A stretch of 64,000 nucleotides of DNA from Bacteroidales bacterium (GCA_007133565.1 SLMM01000011.1:1128-65127), one strand, 5' to 3'. Shown: positions 41,661 through 52,781, counted from the stretch's first letter. Notes: generated by a model from the sequence alone, not told the origin. Program-made: numbers and translations.

Positions 41661-42251
41661 TTAACGGGCACGCCCGGTCAGTTTCCCGTAGATCTCATGG
41701 CAAACCCATGCATCGGTGGCGGCATATATGAGCTGGGCATCGGTAAGATTCTCCTTTTCCCAGTTCGATACCTGCTGCGACTTGGATATCTGTATGCCGA
41801 GAACGATCGCAGCCATCTTCCTCAATCCGCTGTCCTCAATATTATAATCCTTAACCATCTCCTGCAGCTCGACAAAACCGGCAGGCCTGAAGCGTGCAAG
41901 CTTCTGCAGCGACTTGATATCGTCTCTTATCGCTGCCCCGGCCTTGATTATTTTCCTGTCGGCCAACACCGAAACAAGAGGCAATGGCAATCCTGTCCTG
42001 TTCAGGCGGAAGATAAACGCCCTCTCACTTGTGGAAAGCTGCAGGAGGGCAACTCCATTTACAACGCCTTTTTTGAATGCCGGCCTGGTCTCGGTGTCAA
42101 AACCCAGCACATCATGTCCCTTCAGCATGTCAACAGCTTCAGGAACAGTATCAGGATGGTCTACCACAATTATCTCTCCCCCGAAACGGATAAGCGGCAG
42201 CATCTTAATCTCGTCATTTGATACGCTTTCTGCAAAATCACCCTTCGTCAT
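41661..42251 (-). CDS. DEDDy 3'-5' exonuclease (RNase D / WRN-exonuclease-like)
   Basis: 'LGFDTETRP' (DxE), 'LLQLST', 'KAGAAIRDDIKSL' and 'YAATDAW'. Start uncertain: 42251 or 42203. The longer track ORF overlaps DUF5063. Confidence 0.8.
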   Translation of the reverse strand: MTKGDFAESVSNDEIKMLPLIRFGGEIIVVDHPDTVPEAVDMLKGHDVLGFDTETRPAFKKGVVNGVALLQLSTSERAFIFRLNRTGLPLPLVSVLADRKIIKAGAAIRDDIKSLQKLARFRPAGFVELQEMVKDYNIEDSGLRKMAAIVLGIQISKSQQVSNWEKENLTDAQLIYAATDAWVCHEIYGKLTGRAR

Positions 42252-42870
42252 CTTTATTCCAGAGTTTTTGCCTTCTGGTGAATATCCAGTTGTCCGTGTC
42301 TCTTTTTCCTTTGTTTTGTTCCTGATCATTTTCATCGTCATCATCAAGGTTCTTTTCTCCGTGAATAAGATTATGCAAAGCGCGCAGGCCGTTCAGCAGC
42401 TTCTGGCCCCAGCTCTGGTCAAAATGCTGCATGCATTCCCACAAGGCATCATTCATCAGTTCTACGGTTCCCATCCGGTAAACCATCACGAAATCCTTCA
42501 CATCCTGATATATATCGGCCATATTCTCGGCTATGCTCCCTCCTACCCGGTCATCCGTGTCCCTCGCCACCGGGTCAAAGATCTCCGGATAGTCATCATG
42601 GCTCCCCAGCCTGGTTCTGATGCTGTCATGAATTGTGTACCACTCCTCCTCGGTAACGAACCTCTCGGTACCCTCTTCGAAAAAAGGCTCGGTGGGCGGT
42701 ATCAGTACTGCCTTGTAATATAAGAGGGGCAGTATCTTCCGGCTTTTGTCAACAAAGTCTTTTTTGGCAAAACCGCCGGTCTGCTCCAGAAAACTGCAAT
42801 ACTCGCCTGCAACCGCCACGAATTCAATTACCACTTTCGAATATACCAGATCTTCCCTGCTTATTTGCAT
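42238..42870 (-). CDS. DUF5063 family protein
   Basis: 210 aa. 'VIEFVAVAGEYCSFLE' and 'ENMADIYQDVKDF' match DUF5063 as I remember it. Sits upstream of the exonuclease, as is commonly seen in Bacteroidota. Confidence 0.65.
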   Translation of the reverse strand: MQISREDLVYSKVVIEFVAVAGEYCSFLEQTGGFAKKDFVDKSRKILPLLYYKAVLIPPTEPFFEEGTERFVTEEEWYTIHDSIRTRLGSHDDYPEIFDPVARDTDDRVGGSIAENMADIYQDVKDFVMVYRMGTVELMNDALWECMQHFDQSWGQKLLNGLRALHNLIHGEKNLDDDDENDQEQNKGKRDTDNWIFTRRQKLWNKDDEG

Positions 42871-42989
42871 AATAGTAATTAATAACAGAATGCAAAATTA
42901 GTAAAACAATTTTCTATCTCAATATTTTAGGGATTCGGAGCCGAAAACCAAACTCAGCCAGTGGCAAACCTGAGTGGTCTGGTAAACCT

Positions 42990-44894
42990 CTACTCCCTCC
43001 ATCTTACAAAGCCGTCCTCCCCCCTTTCAAGCTGCCCGTTGTCAAGGAGCCACCTTATTACCTTGATTGTCTTTTCAGGCGGAAAGTCAGTCTTCGCAGG
43101 AAGTTCGTCGGGTGTATAATTACCATGCCTGATAATCTCCTGTATGGACGACCTGATGAGGTCAAACTCAACACGCCCAACCCCGCTGCTGTCTTCTTTC
43201 CTGCAAACATCACAATTCCCGCAGCGGGGAACATCCTTCTCGTCAAAATAATCCAACAGCATTACACTGCGGCAATTCCCCGAAGAGGATGCGTACCGGA
43301 CTACCGACATGAGCTTTGACATGTACCGCTCCTTCCGGATCCTGTAATCAGATGATGAAATGTATAGAGAGTTGGCGTCAAGCCTTTCGGTATTCATGAT
43401 CAGCAGGGGGGATCTCCTCTGTGGTATGTATTTTATTATGTTCAGGTTATTGAGCCTTACCAGGTAACGGTAAACCACATCCCTGTCAGTTCGTGTTTTT
43501 CTGGCAAGGAAGTCCTCATCGATTGCAGAAAATCCTGAAAACACACCTGAATAGGTCCTTAGCAGCAGCTTTATGAATCCGTCAAATGCAGCGTTGGCCA
43601 CCTGGAACCTGTAAAGTTCATCCCTGCTGACCGTAAAATGGATTTTCGGGGGACTGTTTATCTCGTCTGTCAGTTCGATGTAACCCTCGGTTTCCAGGGC
43701 CTTCAAAGAATACCAGGCAGTCATCACATTAAGCTTGTACCGTGATGCAAAATCGGCAATATTGAATTCGAGTATGGTGCCTTTCCCACCACCGTAAGGG
43801 ATCTGGTAATAGCTGCCAAGGGATTGGTACACCTGCTTAATAACCTGTTTTTCCGGAAATTTCATGGCAACCCTCTTCGCGGCATTTGAACTGTCTGATT
43901 CATCGTACAGAAGCACAGCAAATGCAACCTTGCCATCCCTGCCTGCACGCCCCGCCTCCTGAAAATATGCCTCCAGGGTATCGGTCAGGTCAAAATGGAT
44001 TACGAACCTGACATCAGACTTGTCGATACCCATACCAAAGGCATTTGTGGCCACTATAACCCGGGCCCTTCCCTTCATCCAGTCGTTCTGCCTGGCCGTA
44101 CGGCTGGACGATGGCAACCCGGCATGATAAAAGGTTGCCCTGATCCTGTTGTTTGAAAGGAACCTGGCCAGTTCGGCCGTTTTTCTCCTGCTCCTTGCAT
44201 AGACAATCCCGCTGCCGGGTATACAGCTGATAATGTCAAGCAATTTCCTGTGTTTGTCTTCCGTTGCCTCAACAAGGTAATGCAGATTCTTCCTCTCAAA
44301 GCTCGTCCTGATAACGTTTGGTGCAGAAAAGCTAAGCTTTTGCTGGATATCGTCAACTACATCGGCCGTGGCAGTTGCTGTAAGGGCAAGTACCGGGACG
44401 CCGGGAAGCAGTTCCCTCAAAGAGACTATCTGCAGGTAAGCAGGCCTGAAATCATAACCCCACTGTGATATACAATGAGCCTCGTCGACAGCAACAAGGA
44501 TCACTTTCATCTTCTTCACCCTCTCCCTGAATATTTCGGTCCCAAGCCTCTCGGGCGATACGTAAAGAAACTTGTAGTCGCCATAGACGCAATTGTCAAG
44601 TGCAATATCTATCTCTGCCCTGCTCATTCCTGAATATACAGCCAGTGCCTTGATACCTCTTTTTACCAGGTTTTCGACCTGGTCTCTCATAAGCGCTATC
44701 AGTGGTGTCACCACGATACATATTCCTTCCGACATCAGCGCAGGAATCTGGAAGGTAAGTGACTTCCCGCCGCCTGTTGGCATAAGGGCAAGCGTATCAC
44801 GGCCTTCAGCAACAGAACGGATGATCTCCTCCTGCAGAGGCCTGAAGGATGAAAACCCCCAGTAACGGTTCAGTATCTGACTGTAAATATCCAA
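42990..44894 (-). CDS. recQ: ATP-dependent DNA helicase RecQ
   Basis: 'FRPLQEEII', 'MPTGGGKSLTFQIPA', 'DEAHCISQWGYDFRP', 'LTATAT' and 'ATNAFGMGIDK.DVRFVIH'. Apparent TTG start. Confidence 0.9.
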   Translation of the reverse strand: MDIYSQILNRYWGFSSFRPLQEEIIRSVAEGRDTLALMPTGGGKSLTFQIPALMSEGICIVVTPLIALMRDQVENLVKRGIKALAVYSGMSRAEIDIALDNCVYGDYKFLYVSPERLGTEIFRERVKKMKVILVAVDEAHCISQWGYDFRPAYLQIVSLRELLPGVPVLALTATATADVVDDIQQKLSFSAPNVIRTSFERKNLHYLVEATEDKHRKLLDIISCIPGSGIVYARSRRKTAELARFLSNNRIRATFYHAGLPSSSRTARQNDWMKGRARVIVATNAFGMGIDKSDVRFVIHFDLTDTLEAYFQEAGRAGRDGKVAFAVLLYDESDSSNAAKRVAMKFPEKQVIKQVYQSLGSYYQIPYGGGKGTILEFNIADFASRYKLNVMTAWYSLKALETEGYIELTDEINSPPKIHFTVSRDELYRFQVANAAFDGFIKLLLRTYSGVFSGFSAIDEDFLARKTRTDRDVVYRYLVRLNNLNIIKYIPQRRSPLLIMNTERLDANSLYISSSDYRIRKERYMSKLMSVVRYASSSGNCRSVMLLDYFDEKDVPRCGNCDVCRKEDSSGVGRVEFDLIRSSIQEIIRHGNYTPDELPAKTDFPPEKTIKVIRWLLDNGQLERGEDGFVRWRE

Positions 44895-44977
44895 TATTTA
44901 ATATGATAACCTGCTGTCTGGTAAATCTAAATTTTTCGTAACTTAGCGCAATTTAAATATAATCAAATTTTACCAAT

Positions 44978-46444
44978 ATGTCATTTGCTTCTGACAAGAT
45001 CAAAGGCGAAGGCCTCACCTTTGATGACGTGCTACTCATACCGGCATATTCACAGGTACTTCCGAAAGATGTTGATATATCCTCCAGATTCTCGAAAAAC
45101 ATAAGCATAAACGCCCCGATAATCTCGGCTGCAATGGATACCGTTACGGAGGCAGATCTTGCTATTGCCATTGCCCGGCAGGGAGGGATGGGCGTTGTTC
45201 ATAAAAACATGAGCATCAAGGAGCAGGCAAGGCAGGTGAAGGTGGTAAAAAGGGCTGAAAGTGGAATGATATACGATCCCATTACAATTGAGAAGACCAA
45301 TACGGTGGGTGACGCCCTGAAACTTATGAAAGAATACAAGATTGGAGGAATTCCGGTCATAGAAAACAACGGTAAGCTGATTGGCATTGTAACCAACCGT
45401 GACCTGCGTTTTCAGGATAATATGAAAAAGCCGATAAGCGAGGTTATGACAAAAGACAGGATCATAACCACCACTCAGGCGAACCTGGAAAAAGCAACTG
45501 ACCTGTTGCAGCAGTACAGAATTGAAAAGCTCCCGGTTATAGACAAAAACAACAAGCTGATAGGGCTGTTGACATACAAGGATATCACAAAGGTTAAGGA
45601 CAATCCCTGGTCATGCAAGGATGACAAGGGACGTCTCAGGGTGGCGGCAGGTATCGGCGTGGCAAAGGATTCGGTAAAACGGGCAGAGGCGCTCATGGAA
45701 ATGGATGTTGACGCAATAGTAATTGATACCGCACACGGTCACACCGATGGCGTTTTAAAGTTGCTGAAGGAATTGAAGGTAATTTCCGGAACAGTCGACA
45801 TTGTTGTTGGAAACATAGGCACGGCTGATGCAGCCAAAGCACTTGCCGATGCCGGGGCAGACGGCGTGAAAGTGGGAATAGGCCCCGGTTCAATATGTAC
45901 AACGAGGGTTATTGCCGGGGTTGGAATACCGCAGCTTACGGCGGTCTATGAAGTTTCATGTGCACTTGATGGCAGTGGAATACCTGTTATAGCAGATGGA
46001 GGAATAAGGTATTCCGGAGACATCGTAAAAGCTATAGCTGCAGGGGCGGATGCGATTATGGCCGGCTCCCTGCTTGCCGGGGTTGAGGAGTCGCCTGGAG
46101 AGACCATAATTTACAACGGCCGCAAATTCAAAGCATATCGAGGTATGGGAAGCATTGAGGCAATGCAGCAGGGAAGCAGGGACAGGTACTTCCAGGATAA
46201 TGAAGAAGATCTCAGCAAGCTGGTTCCTGAAGGCATCTCTGCCCGCATCCCTTACAAGGGAACACTTTCAGAAGTTGTTTACCAGATGATTGGGGGACTG
46301 AGGGCAGGAATGGGGTACTGCGGGGCACCGGATATAGCGGCTCTGAAGAATGCCATGTTTGTCAGGATAACCAACTCGGGGCTCAATGAAAGCCACCCCC
46401 ATGGAGTCACAATTACGCGTGAAGCTCCGAATTACAGCAGATAA
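44978..46444 (+). CDS. guaB: IMP dehydrogenase
   Basis: '[11 protein letters not shown]', a CBS pair, '[11 protein letters not shown]' (catalytic Cys) and 'GGIRYSGD'. Confidence 0.95.
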   Translation: MSFASDKIKGEGLTFDDVLLIPAYSQVLPKDVDISSRFSKNISINAPIISAAMDTVTEADLAIAIARQGGMGVVHKNMSIKEQARQVKVVKRAESGMIYDPITIEKTNTVGDALKLMKEYKIGGIPVIENNGKLIGIVTNRDLRFQDNMKKPISEVMTKDRIITTTQANLEKATDLLQQYRIEKLPVIDKNNKLIGLLTYKDITKVKDNPWSCKDDKGRLRVAAGIGVAKDSVKRAEALMEMDVDAIVIDTAHGHTDGVLKLLKELKVISGTVDIVVGNIGTADAAKALADAGADGVKVGIGPGSICTTRVIAGVGIPQLTAVYEVSCALDGSGIPVIADGGIRYSGDIVKAIAAGADAIMAGSLLAGVEESPGETIIYNGRKFKAYRGMGSIEAMQQGSRDRYFQDNEEDLSKLVPEGISARIPYKGTLSEVVYQMIGGLRAGMGYCGAPDIAALKNAMFVRITNSGLNESHPHGVTITREAPNYSR

Positions 46445-46514
46445 TAAAACATAACCCTGGTTTTTCATGCCGGGTTTATACAGGTGATCATTTAAATAAC
46501 TCAATCATTACCTG

Positions 46515-48581
46515 ATGCAAAAGTCATCTACAATAAAGACAAGGGGAGATAAAAATTATTTTCGGTTGCTGTTGCCGCATGCTAACATCAACCTTTTTCC
46601 GGTATTTCTCAAAAGCTGGATATTGCTTCTTGCCCTTTATTTTACCGCGGTTACACCAGGCGATGCAGCCACCAGGGAGAATGCAGACACTGATGAAGTA
46701 GTGATGGTGGTAAACAACAGGGAGATAACAGGCAATGAATTTATCCGCCTGTGGAAAAAGAACAATCAGCTTACTGAGCCGCAGCCAATTGATGAATATC
46801 TTAGCCAGTTCATAAACTTTCATCTTAAGGTTGCTCATGCAAGAGATCAGGGCATACATCTTGAAGAGAGCTTCATAAAAGAACTGAAGGGTTACAGGCA
46901 ACAACTTGCCCGGCCATACATGACTGAACCCGTTAAAGAAGACAAACTGGTAAAAGAGGCATGGGAAAGATGGCAGTACGATGTAAATGCCAGTCATATC
47001 CTCGTAAGGCTCAACCCGGGCTACAGCCCTGAAGATACACTTGTTGCATGGGAAAAGGCAATGGATTTAAGGGAACGTGTCATAGAGGGAGAAAGCTTCG
47101 AAAGGGTTGCGCGGGCCACATCTGATGATCCTTCAGCAAAGCTCAATTCAGGCAATCTGGGATATTTCACCGTCTTTCAAATGGTTTACACTTTTGAAAC
47201 TGCAGTTTACAACGCAGTTCCCGGAGAACTCAGCAAACCGGTCAGGACACCTTTTGGCTATCATATAATAAGATTGAACGACATACGTGAATCAAGGGGT
47301 GAAATACTTACCTCCCACATAATGGCAGGCTTCAACCGCTATGAGGAGGATGAAGCCAAAACTGCCATAGACGGACTATATGAAAAGCTGCAGGCCGGCT
47401 TCAGCTTTGAAATGCTTGCAAGAGAGCACTCTACAGATATAAATACTGCCGGGGCGGGAGGCAGGCTTCCCTGGTTCGGTGCCGGCCGGATAATTCCCGA
47501 ATTTGAAACCGCAGCCTTTGCACTTGAAAATCCGGGCGATATCAGCGAACCTGTGCGTACTCCCTATGGCTGGCATATAATAAGGTTGGAGGACAAAAGG
47601 GGTATTCCTCCCCTTGAAGAGGTGCGCGATGAGCTCGCAGAGAGGGTTCGTAACTCAGGCGACCGCAGATCGAGGCTACTGAGGAGTGCACTGGTGGAAA
47701 AACTAAAAACCGAATGGGATTTTTCCCTCAACAGGCAGGCGCTGGAAGCTTTTTATCATATTGTTGATGACAGGGTATTTGATGGCAACTGGTCATTGCC
47801 GGCAAGCTACCCGCTTAACCAGGTACTCTTCAGAGTAAGAGGCAGTGAGGTCACCCAGCGGGATTTTGCTGATTTCATAACCAGAAATGCCTATAAGCGC
47901 AGGCCATGGCCAATAGATGAATATGTATATTCCCTTTACGAGGAATTTGAAGCAAGCTGGCTTATTGGCCATGAGGAAGACAACCTTGAGGACCGGCACC
48001 CTGAGTTCAGGCTGCTTATGCAGGAGTACAAGGACGGAATGCTGCTTTTCGAGGTAACCGACCGTGAAATTTGGCTTAGGGCCCTGAATGACAGCGCTGC
48101 ACTTGCTGCCTTCCACGAAGAAAACAGGCATGACTATATGTGGGACACAAGGATATCGGCAACGATCTTTACAACTACCGAACGCAGGGTGGCAAGGAGG
48201 ACAGAAAGGCGGGCAAGAATAAGCCAGTGGTTTGGATGTTTGGACGATTACTGGGTTATTGACAGGCTCAACCGGGGAGAAGATGAACCGGTGGTTACAC
48301 TTGAAAGAGGGGTATTTTCATCAGGAGACGATCAGGCAACCGACATGGTAGAGTGGGAGGCCGATGTAATTGGAAAAACCAGGGAGGATGACCGATACAG
48401 GATTGTCCTTGTTCATGAAGTCCTTGATCCTGAGCCCAAAACACTTGACGAGGCCCGGGGCGAAATATTGGCAGACTTCCAGGATCATCTTGAAAAGGAG
48501 TGGATAGAAAAGCTTCATGAAAGGTACAATGTTGTTGTATATGAAGAGGTCCTTAATGATGTCGTAAACAGACAGAACTGA
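46515..48581 (+). CDS. peptidyl-prolyl isomerase with two parvulin (PpiC) domains, PpiD/SurA-like
   Basis: Two parvulin repeats end in 'FGYHIIRLNDIR' and 'YGWHIIRLEDKR'. N-terminal hydrophobic anchor. The exact start is uncertain. Confidence 0.8.
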   Translation: MQKSSTIKTRGDKNYFRLLLPHANINLFPVFLKSWILLLALYFTAVTPGDAATRENADTDEVVMVVNNREITGNEFIRLWKKNNQLTEPQPIDEYLSQFINFHLKVAHARDQGIHLEESFIKELKGYRQQLARPYMTEPVKEDKLVKEAWERWQYDVNASHILVRLNPGYSPEDTLVAWEKAMDLRERVIEGESFERVARATSDDPSAKLNSGNLGYFTVFQMVYTFETAVYNAVPGELSKPVRTPFGYHIIRLNDIRESRGEILTSHIMAGFNRYEEDEAKTAIDGLYEKLQAGFSFEMLAREHSTDINTAGAGGRLPWFGAGRIIPEFETAAFALENPGDISEPVRTPYGWHIIRLEDKRGIPPLEEVRDELAERVRNSGDRRSRLLRSALVEKLKTEWDFSLNRQALEAFYHIVDDRVFDGNWSLPASYPLNQVLFRVRGSEVTQRDFADFITRNAYKRRPWPIDEYVYSLYEEFEASWLIGHEEDNLEDRHPEFRLLMQEYKDGMLLFEVTDREIWLRALNDSAALAAFHEENRHDYMWDTRISATIFTTTERRVARRTERRARISQWFGCLDDYWVIDRLNRGEDEPVVTLERGVFSSGDDQATDMVEWEADVIGKTREDDRYRIVLVHEVLDPEPKTLDEARGEILADFQDHLEKEWIEKLHERYNVVVYEEVLNDVVNRQN

Positions 48582-48622
48582 CAGGCAAAGAGGCCTGGCC
48601 ACTTTTTTCTCAACCGCAAACA

Positions 48623-49459
48623 ATGCAAAAGTATCTGGTTTTTATAATTATTCTTGTTACCGTACTGTCCTGCAACAGTGCAGGAACCAACAGGGGCGAG
48701 CCCGTTGCCAGGGTTTACAGCAACTATCTTTACAGGCAGGATCTGGAAGGCATCTTTCCTGCAAATATTACACCGGCAGACAGTGCCAGAATAGCGAGCA
48801 ACTACATTGACAAATGGGTCAGGAACCAGCTTTTTCTGAGACTTGCAGAAATTAACCTGCCGGAAGAGGAAAAGAACCTTGATAAGCAGATTGCAAACTA
48901 CAGGACAACATTACTGGTACACAAGTACCAGCATTACCTTCTTGGTCAGAAACTGGATTCACTGGTCACAATGAGAGAGATCGAAGAGTATTATAACAAC
49001 CACGTCAATAACCTGTTGCTTGAGAGGCCTGCAATAAGGGGAGTGTTCCTGAAGGTTCCTGCAGATGCACCAAACAGGGAGCAGCTGACCGGAATGTTCA
49101 CAGGTGCACTTGATATGACGCATATAGAAAGCTACGCAAACCGTTATGCCAAAAGATTCCTGACCTTTACCGATACCTGGATGTATGCTGATGACCTGCT
49201 GCGCGAATTTCCGGCCGGGTCAACTGCGCGAAGCAATCTCCCGCAATCGGCCGGCCAGGTTACTGCCTCCGATCACAATTTCTTTTATTTTATGGGTATT
49301 ACTGAATACATGCCGCCCGGAGAAAGGATGCCACTTTCTGTTGCAGCCCGGAAAATAAAAAACATTATAATAAACAGAAGGAAAATACAGTTTTTAAATG
49401 AACTGGAGAAAAGTGTCATGAATGAGGGGTTGGATAAGAACTCTGTTCAATATTTCTAA
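48623..49459 (+). CDS. hypothetical lipoprotein (SurA-N-like chaperone region, no PPIase domain evident)
   Basis: Lipobox VLSC. Lies between two PPIase genes. 'YIDKWVRNQL' resembles SurA N-terminal helices. Weak assignment. Confidence 0.55.
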   Translation: MQKYLVFIIILVTVLSCNSAGTNRGEPVARVYSNYLYRQDLEGIFPANITPADSARIASNYIDKWVRNQLFLRLAEINLPEEEKNLDKQIANYRTTLLVHKYQHYLLGQKLDSLVTMREIEEYYNNHVNNLLLERPAIRGVFLKVPADAPNREQLTGMFTGALDMTHIESYANRYAKRFLTFTDTWMYADDLLREFPAGSTARSNLPQSAGQVTASDHNFFYFMGITEYMPPGERMPLSVAARKIKNIIINRRKIQFLNELEKSVMNEGLDKNSVQYF

Positions 49460-49482
49460 AACATATAATAATCAAATTGATA

Positions 49483-50844
49483 ATGGTTAAAATGATTTTT
49501 TTTAAATCTGTATTGATTGCGCTTGTTTTAGTCATTTCAGGCGGGTCCGGTGTTAAGGGCCAGGAGAGGATAGTTGACAGGATCGTTGCAGTTGTGGGCA
49601 ACAGCATCATCCTGCAGTCAGACATTGAGAATGAGCTTTTGCAGATGCAGGCCCAGGGCTACAATGTAACTGACCAGTCACGGTGTGAACTGCTGGAGAA
49701 TCATCTTGTGCAAAAACTTCTGCTTAACCAGGCAATCGTAGATTCGATCGAAGTAAGCGATTCTGAGGTTGAAATGGAGTTAAACCGCAGGTTGCAGTTC
49801 TTCATATCACAGATTGGTTCGGAAGAGGCGCTTGAGAACTACTACAACAAAAGCATCCTGGAGATCAAGGAGGATTTCAGGGACATTGTGCGGGAGCAGC
49901 TGATAACTTCCTACATGCAGCAGGATATTATAGGAAACGTAAGGGTTACCCCGGCAGAAGTCAGAAGGTTCTTCAATAATATTCCTGAAGATCAGATTCC
50001 CCTTATACCATCCCAGGTCCAGATAAGGCAGATAGTGAAATACCCGGAATTCAGCGAAGCAGAAAACTTCAGGGTAAGGCAGAGGCTTAACGAGATCAGG
50101 CAGAGGATCATCGATGGTGAAAGTTTTACAACCATGGCAGTTCTCTATTCGCAGGACCCAGGATCAGCCCGCAGGGGTGGTGAACTTGGATATATGACAA
50201 GGGCGAGGCTGACGCCGGAATTTGCAAATGTTGCTTTTTCACTGCGTGATGACAGGATCTCTCCGGTATTCGAGTCTGAGTACGGTTTTCACATTGTGCA
50301 ACTTATAGACAGGCGTGGTGAGGAGGCGAACGTCAGGCATATACTGATGAGGCCCGAGGCAACAGACCAGGCGAGGCAGGAGGCAAGGTCCTTCCTTGAC
50401 AGCCTGGCAACAGTAATCCGCACCGATACCATTACATTCAGGGTGGCTGCCATCAGGAATACCGACTGTGATGACACAAGGATGAGCGGTGGATTGGTAA
50501 TAAATGAGGAGACAGGAGGTGCAAGGTTTGAGCTCGATCAGCTCAACCCTGTTCAGTTTGAAGCTGTCAGGAATATGAAAGTTGGCGAGATTGCCGGACC
50601 AATTGAATCGCGCAACCGCCAGGGAAGGGTTTTCTACAAGCTGCTGTACCTGGATTCCCAGACAGCTCCGCATCGTGCGAACCTGAGAGAAGACTATGCC
50701 TATATAAAGGAAAGGGCTCTGGATCACAAGATGAATCAGATACTCGAGGAGTGGATCGCCGAAAAGAGGGCAAGAACTTATATCAGGATTGACGAGGCCT
50801 ATAAAAACTGTGGCTTCTCATCCCCTGAGTGGGTCCTCAGATAA
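49483..50844 (+). CDS. SurA-like periplasmic chaperone / parvulin PPIase
   Basis: 'VDRIVAVVGN.IILQSD', parvulin 'GGELGY..R..L.PEFA.VAF.L....ISPVFESEYGFHIVQL', and a second, degenerate repeat. The track start is a TTG at 49477; the ATGs at 49483 or 49492 are more likely. Confidence 0.8.
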   Translation: MVKMIFFKSVLIALVLVISGGSGVKGQERIVDRIVAVVGNSIILQSDIENELLQMQAQGYNVTDQSRCELLENHLVQKLLLNQAIVDSIEVSDSEVEMELNRRLQFFISQIGSEEALENYYNKSILEIKEDFRDIVREQLITSYMQQDIIGNVRVTPAEVRRFFNNIPEDQIPLIPSQVQIRQIVKYPEFSEAENFRVRQRLNEIRQRIIDGESFTTMAVLYSQDPGSARRGGELGYMTRARLTPEFANVAFSLRDDRISPVFESEYGFHIVQLIDRRGEEANVRHILMRPEATDQARQEARSFLDSLATVIRTDTITFRVAAIRNTDCDDTRMSGGLVINEETGGARFELDQLNPVQFEAVRNMKVGEIAGPIESRNRQGRVFYKLLYLDSQTAPHRANLREDYAYIKERALDHKMNQILEEWIAEKRARTYIRIDEAYKNCGFSSPEWVLR

Positions 50845-50856
50845 GACAGACAAGCA

Positions 50857-52557
50857 ATGAAAAGCCTCCTGCCTTTAATTATCGCCGGACTGTCGCTTCT
50901 GCAGTCTGCCGGTAACAACTTACAGGATGGAAGGGGTAAGCCGGCGGAGGTGAGAATTCTGAATGCTGACAGCATGGAGGCCCCCTTCCGGGGAATGGAT
51001 TCTGACGGAATACGCCTGTTGGGTAACGTGAGGCTGATGCATGAAGAGGTACACATGCACTGCGACAGTGCCCACCGCTATTCGGCAAGGAACGTGGTAC
51101 ACGCCTTCGGCAATGTACATGTCAACCAGGGTGACACCCTGCATCTTTACGGCGATCACCTGATATATTACGGCGACAGGAGATTTGCGGAGGTAAGGGG
51201 CAATGTAATCCTGAAGGACAGGGAGACGACCCTTGAAACCCAGAGACTGGACTTTGATCTTGAAAGGAATTACAGCTATTATCCTGCCCAGGGAGTGGTG
51301 GTAAGCGGTGACAACAAACTTGAAAGCCGTCGCGGTTACTACTATGTCGACGAAAAGCTCTTCTACTTCAGGGAAAATGTGGTTATTACGAACCCCGATT
51401 ACACTATCAGGTCGGATACCCTCATGTATAACACAGAAACTGAAGTGGTATATTTTCTCGGACCGACAACGATCATAGGAGAGGACATTGATATATACTG
51501 CGAAAACGGATGGTACAACACCATTACTGATATTTCCCAGTTCAATGAAAACGCCCGGGTCAGGAACAATAACCATTCGGTCAGCGCCGACAGCATATTT
51601 TATGACAACGCGAACGGATTCGGAAAAGCATTTCTTAACATAGAAATAATTGACACGGTTGAGAACCTGACAATTAAAGGAAACTATGCATGGTTCAACA
51701 GAAACCCTGAAGAGATGCTTATAACCGACAGGGCCCTGCTTATTCAGATGACCGAGAACGATACCCTATACGTGCATGCCGATACACTGCGCTCATGGAT
51801 GCAGTCCGCCCCTCCGGAGCCGGCACCTGTGGAGGAGCAGTTGATACCGGAAGATGAGGAAACCATCTCCCCCCCCAATGGAGAGCCCGGAATGCAGGAT
51901 ACGGAAACAGATCCGGCAACGGCACTGCCGGTGGTTCAGGAGTCATCGCCGGAGCTCCCTGAGGATGATCCAGGTGCCCGGGAAGACAATGACTCGGTAA
52001 GAGTGCTGGTTGCCTATTATGGAGTACGGATGTTCGGCAACCAGATGCAGGGAAAGTGCGATTCCCTTTATTACAACATGCGCGACTCAGTAATCCATAT
52101 GTTCGGCGACCCTGTCCTCTGGTCAGATGAGAGCCAGCTTTCGGCCGAACTTATGGAAATACATTTAAAGGAGGACGAGGTGGATTATATTGTTATGACC
52201 AACTCGTCATTCATTGTGTCTGAAGAACAGCCCGGTCTGTTCAACCAGATAAAGGGCACCAATGTGGTGGGTTTTTTCAGAAATGGAGAGCTTTACCGGG
52301 TTAACGTTACCGGTAATGCCGAGACGCTTTATTATCCGGTTGACGATGAGGAGATAATAGGCATCAACAAGGCTGTGAGCGCAAGCCTTGTAATTTTCAT
52401 GAAGGAAAACAAGCCCGACAGAATCAGGTTTCTGAACCGAGTTGAATCAGTTCTTTACCCATTGGAGGACCTTCAGGGAGAAGAGCGGCTGCTCCCGAAC
52501 TTCAGGTGGCTGGATCACATAAGGCCAAAAAACAGGGATGATGTGTTCAGAAGGTAA
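50857..52557 (+). CDS. OstA-like (LptD N-terminal-like) domain protein
   Basis: Signal peptide. Repeated beta-jellyroll-like segments ('LLGNVRLMHEEVHMHCDSA', 'AFGNVHVNQGDTL.LYGD.L.Y') typical of Bacteroidota OstA-like proteins. Acidic, Pro-rich linker at aa ~317-379. Confidence 0.6.
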   Translation: MKSLLPLIIAGLSLLQSAGNNLQDGRGKPAEVRILNADSMEAPFRGMDSDGIRLLGNVRLMHEEVHMHCDSAHRYSARNVVHAFGNVHVNQGDTLHLYGDHLIYYGDRRFAEVRGNVILKDRETTLETQRLDFDLERNYSYYPAQGVVVSGDNKLESRRGYYYVDEKLFYFRENVVITNPDYTIRSDTLMYNTETEVVYFLGPTTIIGEDIDIYCENGWYNTITDISQFNENARVRNNNHSVSADSIFYDNANGFGKAFLNIEIIDTVENLTIKGNYAWFNRNPEEMLITDRALLIQMTENDTLYVHADTLRSWMQSAPPEPAPVEEQLIPEDEETISPPNGEPGMQDTETDPATALPVVQESSPELPEDDPGAREDNDSVRVLVAYYGVRMFGNQMQGKCDSLYYNMRDSVIHMFGDPVLWSDESQLSAELMEIHLKEDEVDYIVMTNSSFIVSEEQPGLFNQIKGTNVVGFFRNGELYRVNVTGNAETLYYPVDDEEIIGINKAVSASLVIFMKENKPDRIRFLNRVESVLYPLEDLQGEERLLPNFRWLDHIRPKNRDDVFRR

Positions 52558-52559
52558 AC

Positions 52560-52781
52560 TCAGTATTCATCTTCATTAAAGAAGAAGTCGTCCTTACTGG
52601 GGTAGTCGGGCCAGATATCTTCAATACTTTCGTATATCTCACCCTCATCTTCAATCTCCTGGAGATTTTCAATCACCTCCATGGGCGCCCCCGATCTCAT
52701 GGCATAATCGATCAACTCATCCTTTGTAGCAGGCCAGGGGGCATCTTCAAGTTTTGAAGCTAATTCAAGCGTCCAGTACAT
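52560..52781 (-). CDS. DUF2795 family protein
   Basis: 73 aa. 'WPATKDELIDYA.RSGAP.EVIENL' is the DUF2795 signature. Confidence 0.75.
   Translation of the reverse strand: MYWTLELASKLEDAPWPATKDELIDYAMRSGAPMEVIENLQEIEDEGEIYESIEDIWPDYPSKDDFFFNEDEY

Noticed and set aside
41914-42723. 269-aa plus-strand ORF (and 41658..42221, 187 aa) spanning the exonuclease and DUF5063 genes
   Set aside because: It is antisense to two ORFs with clear family motifs (DEDDy exonuclease, DUF5063). Its own translation is low-information and has no recognisable domain.
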